Source: a virus. From it: a stretch of 64,000 nucleotides of DNA. The notes under the pieces were generated by a model. The model was not told the DNA's origin. It worked only from the letters and a program-made list of their open reading frames with translations, and did not search any database. A program made the translations under genes and the position numbers. The stretch lies in IMG/VR virus record IMGVR_UViG_3300044712_001062, positions 71,062-135,061 of that record, one strand, 5' to 3'. Shown here in pieces: positions 1 to 8,853 of this stretch. Position 1 is the first letter of the stretch, and each line of letters starts with the position of its first letter.

Positions 1-319
1 AAAGGCTTTCAGAAGTAGTGCTATCGAGGCTGTGCAGTTCATCTAAGAATAGTATATCATTGTCCTTCATTTTGAGGATTTTAGTGTTGAGGATTTGAGG
101 AGAGTTTTTTATTGTGGAGCACATGAGTTTTTCAACGTGGACATTCATTTCTTTGCCAATAAGCATGGCCAATTCTGATTTTCCACAGCCTGAACATCCT
201 GCGATGAATACATGATCGAGGGGTTCATTGCGTAGTTTAGATGCATTTATAGATTCTTTTAGGAGAGCCTTGGTGTTGTCGTTGCCGATATAGTCATTGA
301 ATGATTTAATTTCTTTCAT
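1..319 (-). CDS. ruvB: RuvB-like AAA+ ATPase, N-terminal part (runs off the window edge)
   Basis: Manual translation from ATG 319: MKEIKSFNDYIGNDNTKALLKESINASKLRNEPLDHVFIAGCSGCGKS...NDILFLDELHSL. This follows the RuvB pattern (YIGQ..., EALDHVLLYGPPGLGKT Walker A, DVLFIDEIH Walker B). Confidence 0.8.
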   Translation of the reverse strand, partial: MKEIKSFNDYIGNDNTKALLKESINASKLRNEPLDHVFIAGCSGCGKSELAMLIGKEMNVHVEKLMCSTIKNSPQILNTKILKMKDNDILFLDELHSLDSTTSESL

Positions 320-346
320 GGTTGATTGTCCTTGGGTTTTTAAATT

Positions 347-604
347 TTAGATTTCGTTGATTGTGTGATAGTTTGGTTGGCGAATTATCCAGCGTGCAAA
401 GTCATTAGTGGGATTCTTGAGCCACATGATGTATGGTTTTTGTGTTTTTACGTTTTTAAATGATACTTCATATTCATTGCTTGTTGGATAGTAGTGAATG
501 TAATTGAGATGATAATGGTTGATCATTCCTTGTATACACATTTGCATTTCATATGATGAAATTTTACTCCATTGATGGTCAGTGTTGATACTTTGAAATA
601 ACAT
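347..604 (-). CDS. hypothetical protein (cassette ORF)
   Basis: ATG 604 lies just after the repeated motif at 613; the stop abuts the next motif. Confidence 0.6.
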   Translation of the reverse strand: MLFQSINTDHQWSKISSYEMQMCIQGMINHYHLNYIHYYPTSNEYEVSFKNVKTQKPYIMWLKNPTNDFARWIIRQPNYHTINEI

Positions 605-650
605 GATGGATGATCCTTTGGTTTTTAAATTTTTAAAATTTGTTAATTTT

Positions 651-890
651 TTAGATGATCTCAAGTTTATCATTATCAACTAATTTCCACATGAGACCTT
701 TGCCGTCCATTAACAGGATGGTTTGAGTGGTCTGGTCTTTACATAGGTGAAGTTCTGGAGTGAACTGGAATGAATTTAGTTGGTTGATTAGTGCCTGGAG
801 GATCAATTGAGAGACGTAGAGGTCTTTACTGGTGAACTTTCCAATATCGCAGATGATTGACATTTGTGTTTTAAATGTTGTGTTTTTCAT
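651..890 (-). CDS. hypothetical protein
   Basis: 79-aa ORF in the co-oriented small-gene array. Confidence 0.55.
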   Translation of the reverse strand: MKNTTFKTQMSIICDIGKFTSKDLYVSQLILQALINQLNSFQFTPELHLCKDQTTQTILLMDGKGLMWKLVDNDKLEII

Positions 891-1130
891 GATGTTAAAT
901 TTTTAGATCCATAGAGGATCTGAAAATTGTGTGGTGGTGGACGGCTCAACTCCAGTCTATGAGACCCATGCTCATGAGTTCTTCTTTTGATAATTTCATT
1001 TTTTGTTGGACTCGATGACATTTTAAGATTGAACATTTTGCTGGATCGCAGTGGTGGAGTGTGTTTGTGATGTATGTACAGGTTTTAATGATATCACCTT
1101 TGTTCCATAATATATTAGTTAAATGTATAT

Positions 1131-1562
1131 TTAGTTGTTTTCAATTGTATCATGATCATTGGTTGTTAGGTGGTCAAATGGAGGGGGGAAATCTACCAAA
1201 TTGTTGTATAGATTGTGAATGAGGTCGATTGATGATCGAATTACGTTGTTTTTCATATCAGTGTAATAGCCACTGGAGTTGATGAATTCATCAAGGGATT
1301 TATAGAGGCAGGATGTTATACAATCGTGGGTTAAATGGATGTTCATGCCATTGTCATCGAGATAGCCAAGGATCATAATGGCATCGAAATAGTTCAACAA
1401 TCCTGAATTGACATCCTGGATGATTTGAGTATTGAAATCTGTGTTATCAGGATCATATAGGGTATCTTCAAGTGGTGTATAACATGGTTCGAAATAGAGT
1501 TCAGTGTAGTAATGTTCATTGAGCCATTCTCGGTTTAGTGGTGAGGTGGTTAGTGTTATCAT
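1131..1562 (-). CDS. hypothetical acidic protein (cassette ORF)
   Basis: 143 aa, preceded by the motif at 1569. Confidence 0.65.
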   Translation of the reverse strand: MITLTTSPLNREWLNEHYYTELYFEPCYTPLEDTLYDPDNTDFNTQIIQDVNSGLLNYFDAIMILGYLDDNGMNIHLTHDCITSCLYKSLDEFINSSGYYTDMKNNVIRSSIDLIHNLYNNLVDFPPPFDHLTTNDHDTIENN

Positions 1563-1595
1563 GATGGGTTCCTTGGTTTTAGAATTTTAAATAAT

Positions 1596-1635
1596 GTGAT
1601 GATCGATTTTGTGATGATCGAATTGGTGATGATCT
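1596..1635. repeat. short tandem repeat, GTGATGATC x3 with 15-bp period
   Basis: gtgatgatcgatttt gtgatgatcgaattg gtgatgatct. Related GTGAT repeats occur at 6631-6668 and 8803-8850. Confidence 0.7.
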
Positions 1636-1636
1636 A

Positions 1637-1813
1637 CTAATTCCAACTTTCAATTACTTTATTATGATTATCATATTCTACAAGTTTATCATACCATTCG
1701 TTATTACATTGTAGAAAATCAGTCCCTTCATTGTTTATGATTTTGATGGCTTCTTGATCATTTTCAGCCTCAAATTCATATTCCATGGTTGTAATAAATG
1801 TGTATTTTTTCAT
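1637..1813 (-). CDS. small acidic hypothetical protein (cassette ORF)
   Basis: Likely start is ATG 1813 after the motif; the TTG start in the ORF track lies inside the motif. Confidence 0.6.
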   Translation of the reverse strand: MKKYTFITTMEYEFEAENDQEAIKIINNEGTDFLQCNNEWYDKLVEYDNHNKVIESWN

Positions 1814-2181
1814 GGTGGTGTTCTCCAAGTTTTAAAATTCTGTAAATTTGTTTAGTTCTTTGTTATAGAGCAATTTTGATTCTACATAATCACAATCTTC
1901 TAAAAGTTCTGATATCTGTTGTTTAGTTCTGTTTGATAATTTGAAATTGGTTGTTAGATGGCTTACTCCTTTTCTAATTTCATTAATTTGATCTATGTTC
2001 ATGATAAGAAATCCTTTTAGAATTTTAATGGAGTTATTTTTGGTAAAGTTTTTTGATTATTTGATCAATCATTTCAATGTCATTTGGTGTGTTATGAGAT
2101 GATTGGCTCATCCGCTTAAGCATTAGTGTGCTGAATAAGAATGAGGTTTCATCATCTGTGAAATGTAATCCTTGGGCCTTC

Positions 2182-2427
2182 TCATTGGACATTTGCGATC
2201 TCCTGGAACATGATGTGATTGTCGTGGATTTTGAAAGTTTTGGGGTAGAGTTGTACGAGGGTGAGTGGTTCAAGGTGGATTTTTGAAGCATAGGATAACT
2301 TCATTTTGTGAGTTTTGGATTTTGCGAGTTTGACTTTGAGTTTTATGGCTTTGTCGTAAGGGGTTTCACTGGCTGCGATTAGTTGTTTTTTCAATTGGCG
2401 CTTGAGGGATGGGGTTAGTTCAGTCAT
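2182..2427 (-). CDS. basic hypothetical protein (cassette ORF)
   Basis: 81 aa, K-rich, with the motif at 2433. Confidence 0.6.
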   Translation of the reverse strand: MTELTPSLKRQLKKQLIAASETPYDKAIKLKVKLAKSKTHKMKLSYASKIHLEPLTLVQLYPKTFKIHDNHIMFQEIANVQ

Positions 2428-2459
2428 TATGGTTCTCCAAGTTTTAAAAATTTTAATTG

Positions 2460-2993
2460 TTAAGATTTTTTAATTGGTTTAAAGAATTTTTTGAGGTGGT
2501 CAATTACTGGTTCGGGTATGACTCTAATTAACCATTCATTGCCAAATGGTATGTTTCCTTCGTTGTAGAGTTCTGGGTGATTAATTTTGAGCCATTTAGC
2601 ATTGTCAGGTGTCCAACATGGTTCAAGGTTGGCTGATTGGAGGGCATGATACTGTTTTTGAGTGATACAACGGGATGCCAGGTGATAATTATTCCAGATT
2701 GCGAGGATTTCAATGAGGTCGCTTCGATTTTTGGGATTGTCGATTTCATTCAGATAGGTTGATTTGATGGTATCTTGGATTTGGCCAACCGATTCAGGTT
2801 GTCTGTGGAATTTTTCGTAGATTTCTCCAGTTAGGGAAATTTCGGTGTAGTCAGGAGTTGGTGATTGATCAATCCACGAACGCCGAGTTTCCCAATGACA
2901 TTGGTTAATTTCGAGGTCGATTACGATACGAGTTCCATTGGTTGTTTTGAAGGTTCGTGTAAAAGTTTGTGTGTTTAGAATGTCTGCGGGCAT
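2460..2993 (-). CDS. hypothetical protein (cassette ORF)
   Basis: 177 aa from ATG 2993, with the motif at 2998. Confidence 0.7.
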   Translation of the reverse strand: MPADILNTQTFTRTFKTTNGTRIVIDLEINQCHWETRRSWIDQSPTPDYTEISLTGEIYEKFHRQPESVGQIQDTIKSTYLNEIDNPKNRSDLIEILAIWNNYHLASRCITQKQYHALQSANLEPCWTPDNAKWLKINHPELYNEGNIPFGNEWLIRVIPEPVIDHLKKFFKPIKKS

Positions 2994-3201
2994 GATGTTC
3001 TCCAAGTTTTAAAAATTTTTAAACGATTAGTTTTTCTCATTGGTCAGTGTTTTACAGTAGATGTGAAATAACTCATCTTTTGGGAATTTTGATTCGGTGA
3101 ATTCGTTTAGTTTTTCCCAAGCATCATTAGAGTTAGATGCATCGATGAGGATAGTTCCTTCGATGTTAAACATGTAGGTTGTCATTTAAAATCTCCAAGT
3201 T

Positions 3202-3426
3202 TTAAAAATTTATGGAATCGAAATTGATAGTAATTTCAAATTTTTCGCCAATAGGATTGTTTTCTTCATCTGTGATTGTAATAAATACTTGTGTATTAGT
3301 CACAGTCATTGATTCATTGTTAAGTTTTTGATTTGCTTCTTTAATGAATTTCGCAAGTGTTTCGCTGCTATTGGCTTTAATTGTAGTTTTTTTAATAATT
3401 TCAATTTCAAAATAATCCATTATCAT
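3202..3426 (-). CDS. hypothetical protein (cassette ORF)
   Basis: Flanked by motif copies on both sides. Confidence 0.6.
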   Translation of the reverse strand: MIMDYFEIEIIKKTTIKANSSETLAKFIKEANQKLNNESMTVTNTQVFITITDEENNPIGEKFEITINFDSINF

Positions 3427-3446
3427 ACTCCTTTGTTTTAAAAATT

Positions 3447-3707
3447 TTAATTGTTAGTTCCCCACATCTTGAGGCCTTTGTAGGTTTCAATAAAGTGGTA
3501 ATCGTTGTTCAGATACTGCTCAAAGGTTTTGAACATTTTAGTTTGAACCTGCTTTGCAGTGATTTTATAGATTTGGACTTCTTTGTTGTCGTTTATGTAT
3601 TCAACGATTGTAGAAGTTCCTTGCTTGAATACTCGTGCTTCAGTGAGGTCAAGTCCAAATTCTTCGAGGGGTGTTTTGTTTTCAAATTCAAACCACATTG
3701 TTGTCAT
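3447..3707 (-). CDS. hypothetical protein
   Basis: 86 aa, with a TATA-like TTTATAAC ~30 nt upstream (leaderless). Confidence 0.6.
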   Translation of the reverse strand: MTTMWFEFENKTPLEEFGLDLTEARVFKQGTSTIVEYINDNKEVQIYKITAKQVQTKMFKTFEQYLNNDYHFIETYKGLKMWGTNN

Positions 3708-3785
3708 GAATTAATGTTGGTTGTTTATGGTTATAAAGGTTTGGTGTGAGGTTGCTCCAAAGTGAAAAAATAAGGAGATTTTACT

Positions 3786-3983
3786 TTATTCTGGGGGATC
3801 AAATGATGATTTCATCAATCTATTAGCGTAAGCGCGAAGACTGATGGCGTTGTCGATTTTGAGTTTGAAAGATTCTGGCTGATCGAAATCGCCATGAACG
3901 TCAATTTGACCACCTGTGCTTGGGGTGCCCAGGCGAATGACATCTGGGATTTTCTCAGGTTTTGAGATGTGTAGGTTAAACAT
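3786..3983 (-). CDS. hypothetical protein
   Basis: 65-aa ORF with globular-looking sequence. Confidence 0.6.
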   Translation of the reverse strand: MFNLHISKPEKIPDVIRLGTPSTGGQIDVHGDFDQPESFKLKIDNAISLRAYANRLMKSSFDPPE

Positions 3984-4015
3984 GGTAGTTCACGGGGGTT
4001 GTTTTCAAAATTTGA

Positions 4016-4393
4016 TTAATAGGCTATTTCCATTGCGTTTTTGAAAAGTTTAGAATGGTTGTTTCCTTCGGAATTCCAGGTGGAGTATCCACCATATGCT
4101 ATGAGGGCTTCGACTTTCATTTCATTGGTGATTTCAGGCTCGTTTGTTAGACTGGAGTAATGTAAAGCGTTTTCAATTATTAGTTCATCGATTTCGCTTA
4201 AGGTTAGTTCATGGACTTCAATGAGGTATTTATTTGGGTGATTGTGGTCCATTGCATGATGGAGGTTTGTTAGGGAAATTACTTGATAGGTGTCATTGTC
4301 TGTGGTTTTGTACCATGAGCCATCCCATTCAGACCAATTGAGGTCGCCAGTGAGGAAGTTCCAAGATTTAGGTAAAGGTGGATTAGTGGTCAT
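4016..4393 (-). CDS. hypothetical protein
   Basis: 125 aa, with an AAGGA SD-like motif upstream. Confidence 0.65.
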   Translation of the reverse strand: MTTNPPLPKSWNFLTGDLNWSEWDGSWYKTTDNDTYQVISLTNLHHAMDHNHPNKYLIEVHELTLSEIDELIIENALHYSSLTNEPEITNEMKVEALIAYGGYSTWNSEGNNHSKLFKNAMEIAY

Positions 4394-4408
4394 TTTAAGT
4401 TCCTTGGT

Positions 4409-4918
4409 TTATGATAAATCTTCAATGCCTAATATGTTATTGAATCTTTTAATGACATCAACATTACAATGATATACAATAATAGGAATTACTTTCTTAT
4501 TTTCCATAATAAGTGCTTGTTTGGCTTTGTTGGTGTCTTTACTGAATTGTACTTCGATGAACTTATGAAGTTTATCAGAGTAATAGAGTTTCATATAACA
4601 CCAATACCGTTCAGAGTCATTGTAATGTTCGGCAATCAATTCAATTGTTGATATGTCAATAATTTTATTTGTGTGCTTACAAGTATGTTCACAAATAGTT
4701 GTATAAAGAGGGCAAATTTCTGATTCTGTTTTCATTTTCGCTTCTATTTTTGGTTCTGGTTCTATTTCAATTGTCATTGGTTTTTCCTTGGGTTCAAATC
4801 TTTCAAAAAATGCTACTATTTCTTTCCATTGAACCCACGTCATTACATGATAAGTCCCGTCATCATAATCGAACCTTACCATAGGTTGTTCATTTGAGTA
4901 ATACGTTGATGGTTGCAT
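4409..4918 (-). CDS. hypothetical protein (cassette ORF)
   Basis: 169 aa, with the motif at 4926. Confidence 0.6.
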   Translation of the reverse strand: MQPSTYYSNEQPMVRFDYDDGTYHVMTWVQWKEIVAFFERFEPKEKPMTIEIEPEPKIEAKMKTESEICPLYTTICEHTCKHTNKIIDISTIELIAEHYNDSERYWCYMKLYYSDKLHKFIEVQFSKDTNKAKQALIMENKKVIPIIVYHCNVDVIKRFNNILGIEDLS

Positions 4919-5182
4919 GTTTTATTTCTCCAAGTTTTAAAATTTTTAATTGTTTAATATCTTGTAAAGCCATTTTCGAATTTGGATTTTAAATTGGGAT
5001 ATGCATTTATTAATTTGTCATATGTTTTTTGTATGTCATGCTTGGTAGGATTATGTTCACTTCTGGTCATTTGGAAATGCTTTAGACTTGAAATAATAAG
5101 TTCCAAGTCATCATTGTTTAATTCAATAGACATTTTATGATCCTTTGTTTTTTAAATTTTAGAGTTAGTTCGATCATTTTGT

Positions 5183-5479
5183 TTAATAATTACTTATGAT
5201 GTAATCGTGGAGGAGTGATCGGTAGGCTTCATTACATAGAGTGATAAAGGATGATTTGTCAATTTCACGATCTAACATTTTACTTTCGAGATGGCTGATG
5301 AAATTGTAATCGTCTATGATGTTGCAGAGATCGCTTGGGGTTTTAATGAAGTCGTTGTTTTCACAGTAGTAAAAGGCATTGTCGAATACTTCATCACTGT
5401 TTAGGTTTAGCCCTTCTTCATGGTAGAAAATGTTCAGATGGGCGTGCAGTTGTTTTTGTAAGGTGTAAGTGTATGACAT
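5183..5479 (-). CDS. hypothetical protein (cassette ORF)
   Basis: ATG 5479 after the motif at 5485. Confidence 0.6.
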   Translation of the reverse strand: MSYTYTLQKQLHAHLNIFYHEEGLNLNSDEVFDNAFYYCENNDFIKTPSDLCNIIDDYNFISHLESKMLDREIDKSSFITLCNEAYRSLLHDYIISNY

Positions 5480-5570
5480 TAGGTACTCCTTGGTTTTTAG
5501 AATTTTTAAATGGTTGATGATCAAATTGTTCATTGATCAATACCTTGGGTTTTTTAAATTTTAAATGGGG

Positions 5571-5762
5571 TTATTTTTCATTAATATCAATAGTCATTTT
5601 TTTTACTTTTTTCCAATTTGGTTTAACTTTGTAAGAATCACATAAACATGCTGATGGTTCAAAATATTCACGATCATTAAAACATTCCATTAATGCAAAA
5701 CACGGGACTTCAATAGAGTCACAATCATCACATCGAAATAGATTATAGTTTACTTCATTCAT
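5571..5762 (-). CDS. small Cys-rich (CxxC...CxC) protein
   Basis: Contains CDDC and CLC; motif at 5768. Confidence 0.55.
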   Translation of the reverse strand: MNEVNYNLFRCDDCDSIEVPCFALMECFNDREYFEPSACLCDSYKVKPNWKKVKKMTIDINEK

Positions 5763-5800
5763 AATTACTCATTGGGTTTTAGAATCTTAAAGGAGTTGTT

Positions 5801-6046
5801 TTAGAACCATATAAAATTTATTACGTTTACAATTGTTAGGAATATCAATGCATAAATTAGGATGTTTTCTATTGTAAATAATAGAAATGTTATGATTGAT
5901 CCATGCTTCCACATTTCAGGAGTAAATGATTCAGTAGTTACATTTCTGTTTTTTACAGCACACATATATCCAAGTATGCATATAAATCCTAATATAGCAG
6001 CAATTGATAAATTTGTCCAGAAAAGTTTGTTAATAATTTCTATCAT
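5801..6046 (-). CDS. small membrane protein with two TM segments
   Basis: Two hydrophobic stretches. Confidence 0.6.
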   Translation of the reverse strand: MIEIINKLFWTNLSIAAILGFICILGYMCAVKNRNVTTESFTPEMWKHGSIITFLLFTIENILIYALIFLTIVNVINFIWF

Positions 6047-7220
6047 AGATGTCCTTCGATGAATTCATAAACATCATCATTTGTTTCGATAGGCTCTTCA
6101 GAATTTAAATAATCATTGATAATTTCAACAATTTTAGAAGTTGGAAAATTATTAGATACTAAAGCATTAAGCAATGTATCATGTGTCTCGTAATTCATGA
6201 TTTAATACTCTGAAAGTTTATCGGGTTCAAAATCGATTATGATGTATCCACGTGGGCAATCACCACGTAAGCAACAAGATATATTCCTATAAAATAAATC
6301 ACAATCATATTCGCATGATTCAAATTTAGCCATAATTTTAATCCTCATTATTTTTCATTTGAGTTTTACAACCATTATAGTAATATTCATTGAGGTTATC
6401 TTTGAATATTATTACTTCATGGCATTTGGAAGGTTTTTCACAGATGTAATAGTTGTTTTCTTCTCTCATAGTGTCATTGCATACTGGGCATATCATGTGA
6501 TACTCCTTGGTTTTTAGAATTTTAAGGGGGTTGTTTTCAAATTTGAGATGTTCAAATGGCTATGCTGAATGTTATTTTTAGGGAGTGAGCCTAAATAATA
6601 ATTTGGTATTTTTAAATTTAGAAAAGTGAAGTGATCATATAGGTGAGTTGATCATATAGGTGATGATCTTATTCGGGATTTAAGATCAGGTGGATTGGGG
6701 TCCATTGCGAGTGATGAAAGGTTTAAGGTTTTCAGTATGGCTTACTGGATGGTGTTTTTACATGGGCATCAGCCATCAGCACAAATTAAGGATTGAACCT
6801 TGGAATTTATGAAAATAAGTAAGGGGGTTACTTATTTTTGACAAAGAAAACGGGACGCATTTGTAGTTTTTAATGAGGATATCAGCCTCCAAAATGTAAG
6901 TAGGGATTGAGCCTACGTTACATCGAACACTATGAATTAGTAATAGGTTTGGTGAGGTGATTGTTTGGTGGTCAATGATAGTTTGTATATTAAGACTTCA
7001 GGAGTTATAGTTCATCAATGAGGATCGGTTCACTGATCGACTATTAGTTTTTATTCAGGGTTTCGCCTGGACAATTAGAAGTGGAGTGAACCACTATCTA
7101 ATTACCATACACGTAGACATTTCATTTCTATTTTTTTTGTTTGTCGACATTTGGCATCAGAAAATGAATAGGATAAACATTTTTAGTAATTAATCATTTC
7201 ATCATTTGCCTAATGTTTAA

Positions 7221-7303
7221 TGGGTAATAGCCGATTTGCACGGCTGAACTCCTATGAGGCGACATCTTGAGTGTCGTGGGTTTGACTGCTTCCCTAATTA
7301 CCC
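7221..7303 (-). tRNA. tRNA-Leu(CAA), long variable arm
   Basis: Minus strand folds as a cloverleaf: acceptor GGGTAAT/ATTACCC-A, anticodon arm CGACA-CTCAAGA-TGTCG, long variable arm, T arm AGCCG-TGCAAAT-CGGCT. No encoded CCA. Confidence 0.88.
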
Positions 7304-7694
7304 AAAATTTGAGCATTTGGTTGGTTGATGTTCGATACCTCACACTTTGGAAACAGGTTAGTGTTTCATTGGCCTCTCATCACATGACCAATCCGGGTGA
7401 GTATCGGATTTGAAATGATCATGCACATGTGGAGATTGGTGAACTGACTTCCATTTGTATATGGTTGTTAGTTCCCTGTTATGTATATTGTATGTCAGAG
7501 GTTATATACATTTTGGTTGGTAGTTTGAATCTGGGAAAGTTTGTTTCTTTGATTCGTTGCTACGATACTAATGTTGGTTTGATTAGTATTTATAGTTATG
7601 GGATTTATAATTTGTTAAAATTGAGAAGGGTTATCAGTTTTGAGAAGAGTAAAGGATCTGAAAATGGTGTGATCGCTAATTAGGTTCTCCAAGT

Positions 7695-7863
7695 GCACCC
7701 ATAGACAGAATCAGAGTGTGAACTTCCAGCCCCTTCTGTTTAGAGCAGTTTGGATGGGTATGTGCGCAGGATGATCGTGTTAGGGAATTGTGTTTAGAGG
7801 ATAGGGATGCTCACGTAAACAGTGAGGGTGTGGTAAGACACATCTTCATCTGTCTATGGGTGC
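7695..7863 (-). ncRNA. putative ~170 nt ncRNA closed by a long terminal stem
   Basis: Perfect 16-bp inverted repeat TGCACCCATAGACAGA (7694-7709 / 7849-7864). TTTAAATA box at 7893-7886, 30 nt upstream of G7863. Internal hairpins TGTG-N6-CACA and CTCAC-N7-GTGAG. Confidence 0.7.
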
Positions 7864-7888
7864 AAAATAATGTAGGTATTGACTGTAT

Positions 7889-8341
7889 TTAAATGTTTGT
7901 CTGGTTAGAATTTTTGTAGTTAAGGATCTCTGAATCGCAAAGTTGATCGCAAATTGAGGTATAGTGATTTTCTCTTGGATTCCATGTGAGGGTTATGTGG
8001 GTGTTGGTGAATAGGGCTTGGCCAAGGATGGTGATTGTATTGTGGAGTTTTTTTAAGGTTGGATTGTTGATTTTGTAAGAGCCGTTTAGTTGGTTGATTA
8101 GTAATTGTGAATCGCTTATGAGGTGGATATCAGTTTCATTGGTGATTAGGTGTTTGTTATGCATGAGGTAGGTTAGTGCTTCGATCATGGCTGTGTACTC
8201 AGCGATGTTGTTAGTGGTGTTAATGCCTACTATGCCGGATGATTGGTGAGCAAGGCGATCATCTATGAGGATTACATAGGCGAATGCTGCGATTCCTGGA
8301 TTGGGTTGTGCCCCTCCATCTGTGTAGATTTTAAGTGTCAT
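7889..8341 (-). CDS. rnhA: ribonuclease HI
   Basis: YTDGGAQPNPG, TNNIAEY, SDSQL and PREN..DQL carry the RNase HI catalytic DEDD motifs. Confidence 0.93.
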   Translation of the reverse strand: MTLKIYTDGGAQPNPGIAAFAYVILIDDRLAHQSSGIVGINTTNNIAEYTAMIEALTYLMHNKHLITNETDIHLISDSQLLINQLNGSYKINNPTLKKLHNTITILGQALFTNTHITLTWNPRENHYTSICDQLCDSEILNYKNSNQTNI

Positions 8342-8351
8342 GATAGATCCT

Positions 8352-8741
8352 TTATGGTCTTCTCAATTTGTGGTTAATGATATATAGTTCTCGTCTACGA
8401 TCACATATCATGTGAATTGAGAATATTGTTTTCCCATTGACTATTATTTCGATTGGCCTATATAAACTGATGATGTAGCAAAGTCTTTTTTCTTTTGATT
8501 TGAGAGGTTTTTTGTCCATGAAATATGCTGTTATTATTTCGGTGAGGTATTGTTCCATTTGAGGATCATCAACTATTATTGAGTAGGTATAATTATGGTG
8601 ATAGAGATGTTGTTTATTTGCTACGTGATATATTGCGTATTTTAGGGGGTTTCCCATGAACTCTTTTGTGATGGATTTTTTAATGTTGTTGATTGTGACG
8701 TGAGTGATTGGTGGTTTGGTCGATATGGAGATTAATACCAT
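8352..8741 (-). CDS. hypothetical protein
   Basis: 129 aa, directly upstream of and co-oriented with RNase H. Confidence 0.55.
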   Translation of the reverse strand: MVLISISTKPPITHVTINNIKKSITKEFMGNPLKYAIYHVANKQHLYHHNYTYSIIVDDPQMEQYLTEIITAYFMDKKPLKSKEKRLCYIISLYRPIEIIVNGKTIFSIHMICDRRRELYIINHKLRRP

Positions 8742-8853
8742 AGGATCTATTAGTTGGGATGATATTTATATTTTGTGATTTATATATGGGCAATGAGAAT
8801 AGTGTGGTGATCAAATTTGTGGTGATGGACGATCTTGTGGTGATGGACGGGTT

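Larger units (their letters stand above)
328..6525 (-). repeat. About 15 copies of an intergenic start-associated motif, minus-strand consensus TAAAATTYTAAAA(C/A)YYTGGAGAA / TAAAAACCAAGGAG
   Basis: Copies near 328, 613, 1569, 1821, 2011, 2433, 2998, 3192, 3428, 4926, 5140, 5485, 5541, 5768 and 6502. Most lie 4-10 nt upstream of an ATG and contain an SD-like GGAG/AGGA. Confidence 0.85.

Noticed and set aside
1596-1635. Box C/D (RUGAUGA) guide-like or TIGR-like array
   Set aside because: Only three 15-bp units, with no box D (CUGA) partners or variable spacers of guide length.
328-6525. CRISPR array or integron attC array
   Set aside because: The repeats are degenerate, separated by whole genes of variable length, and lack the attC palindromic structure. 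No cas or integrase gene is in the window.
7345-7400. Hammerhead ribozyme-like UGAUGA...GAAAC on the minus strand
   Set aside because: The core reads GUGAUGA rather than CUGAUGA, and no stem II can form between it and GAAA.
7429-7683. ORF-track ORFs 7429..7683, 11442..11687, 12180..12371 and 14246..14473
   Set aside because: They overlap structured, promoter or repeat DNA, have low-complexity skew-driven composition and lack convincing start signals.
7694-7864. Retron msr-msd or telomerase-like template (CCCUAA)
   Set aside because: No RT in the window, no long msd hairpin, and only a single CCCUAA hexamer, which is expected by chance.
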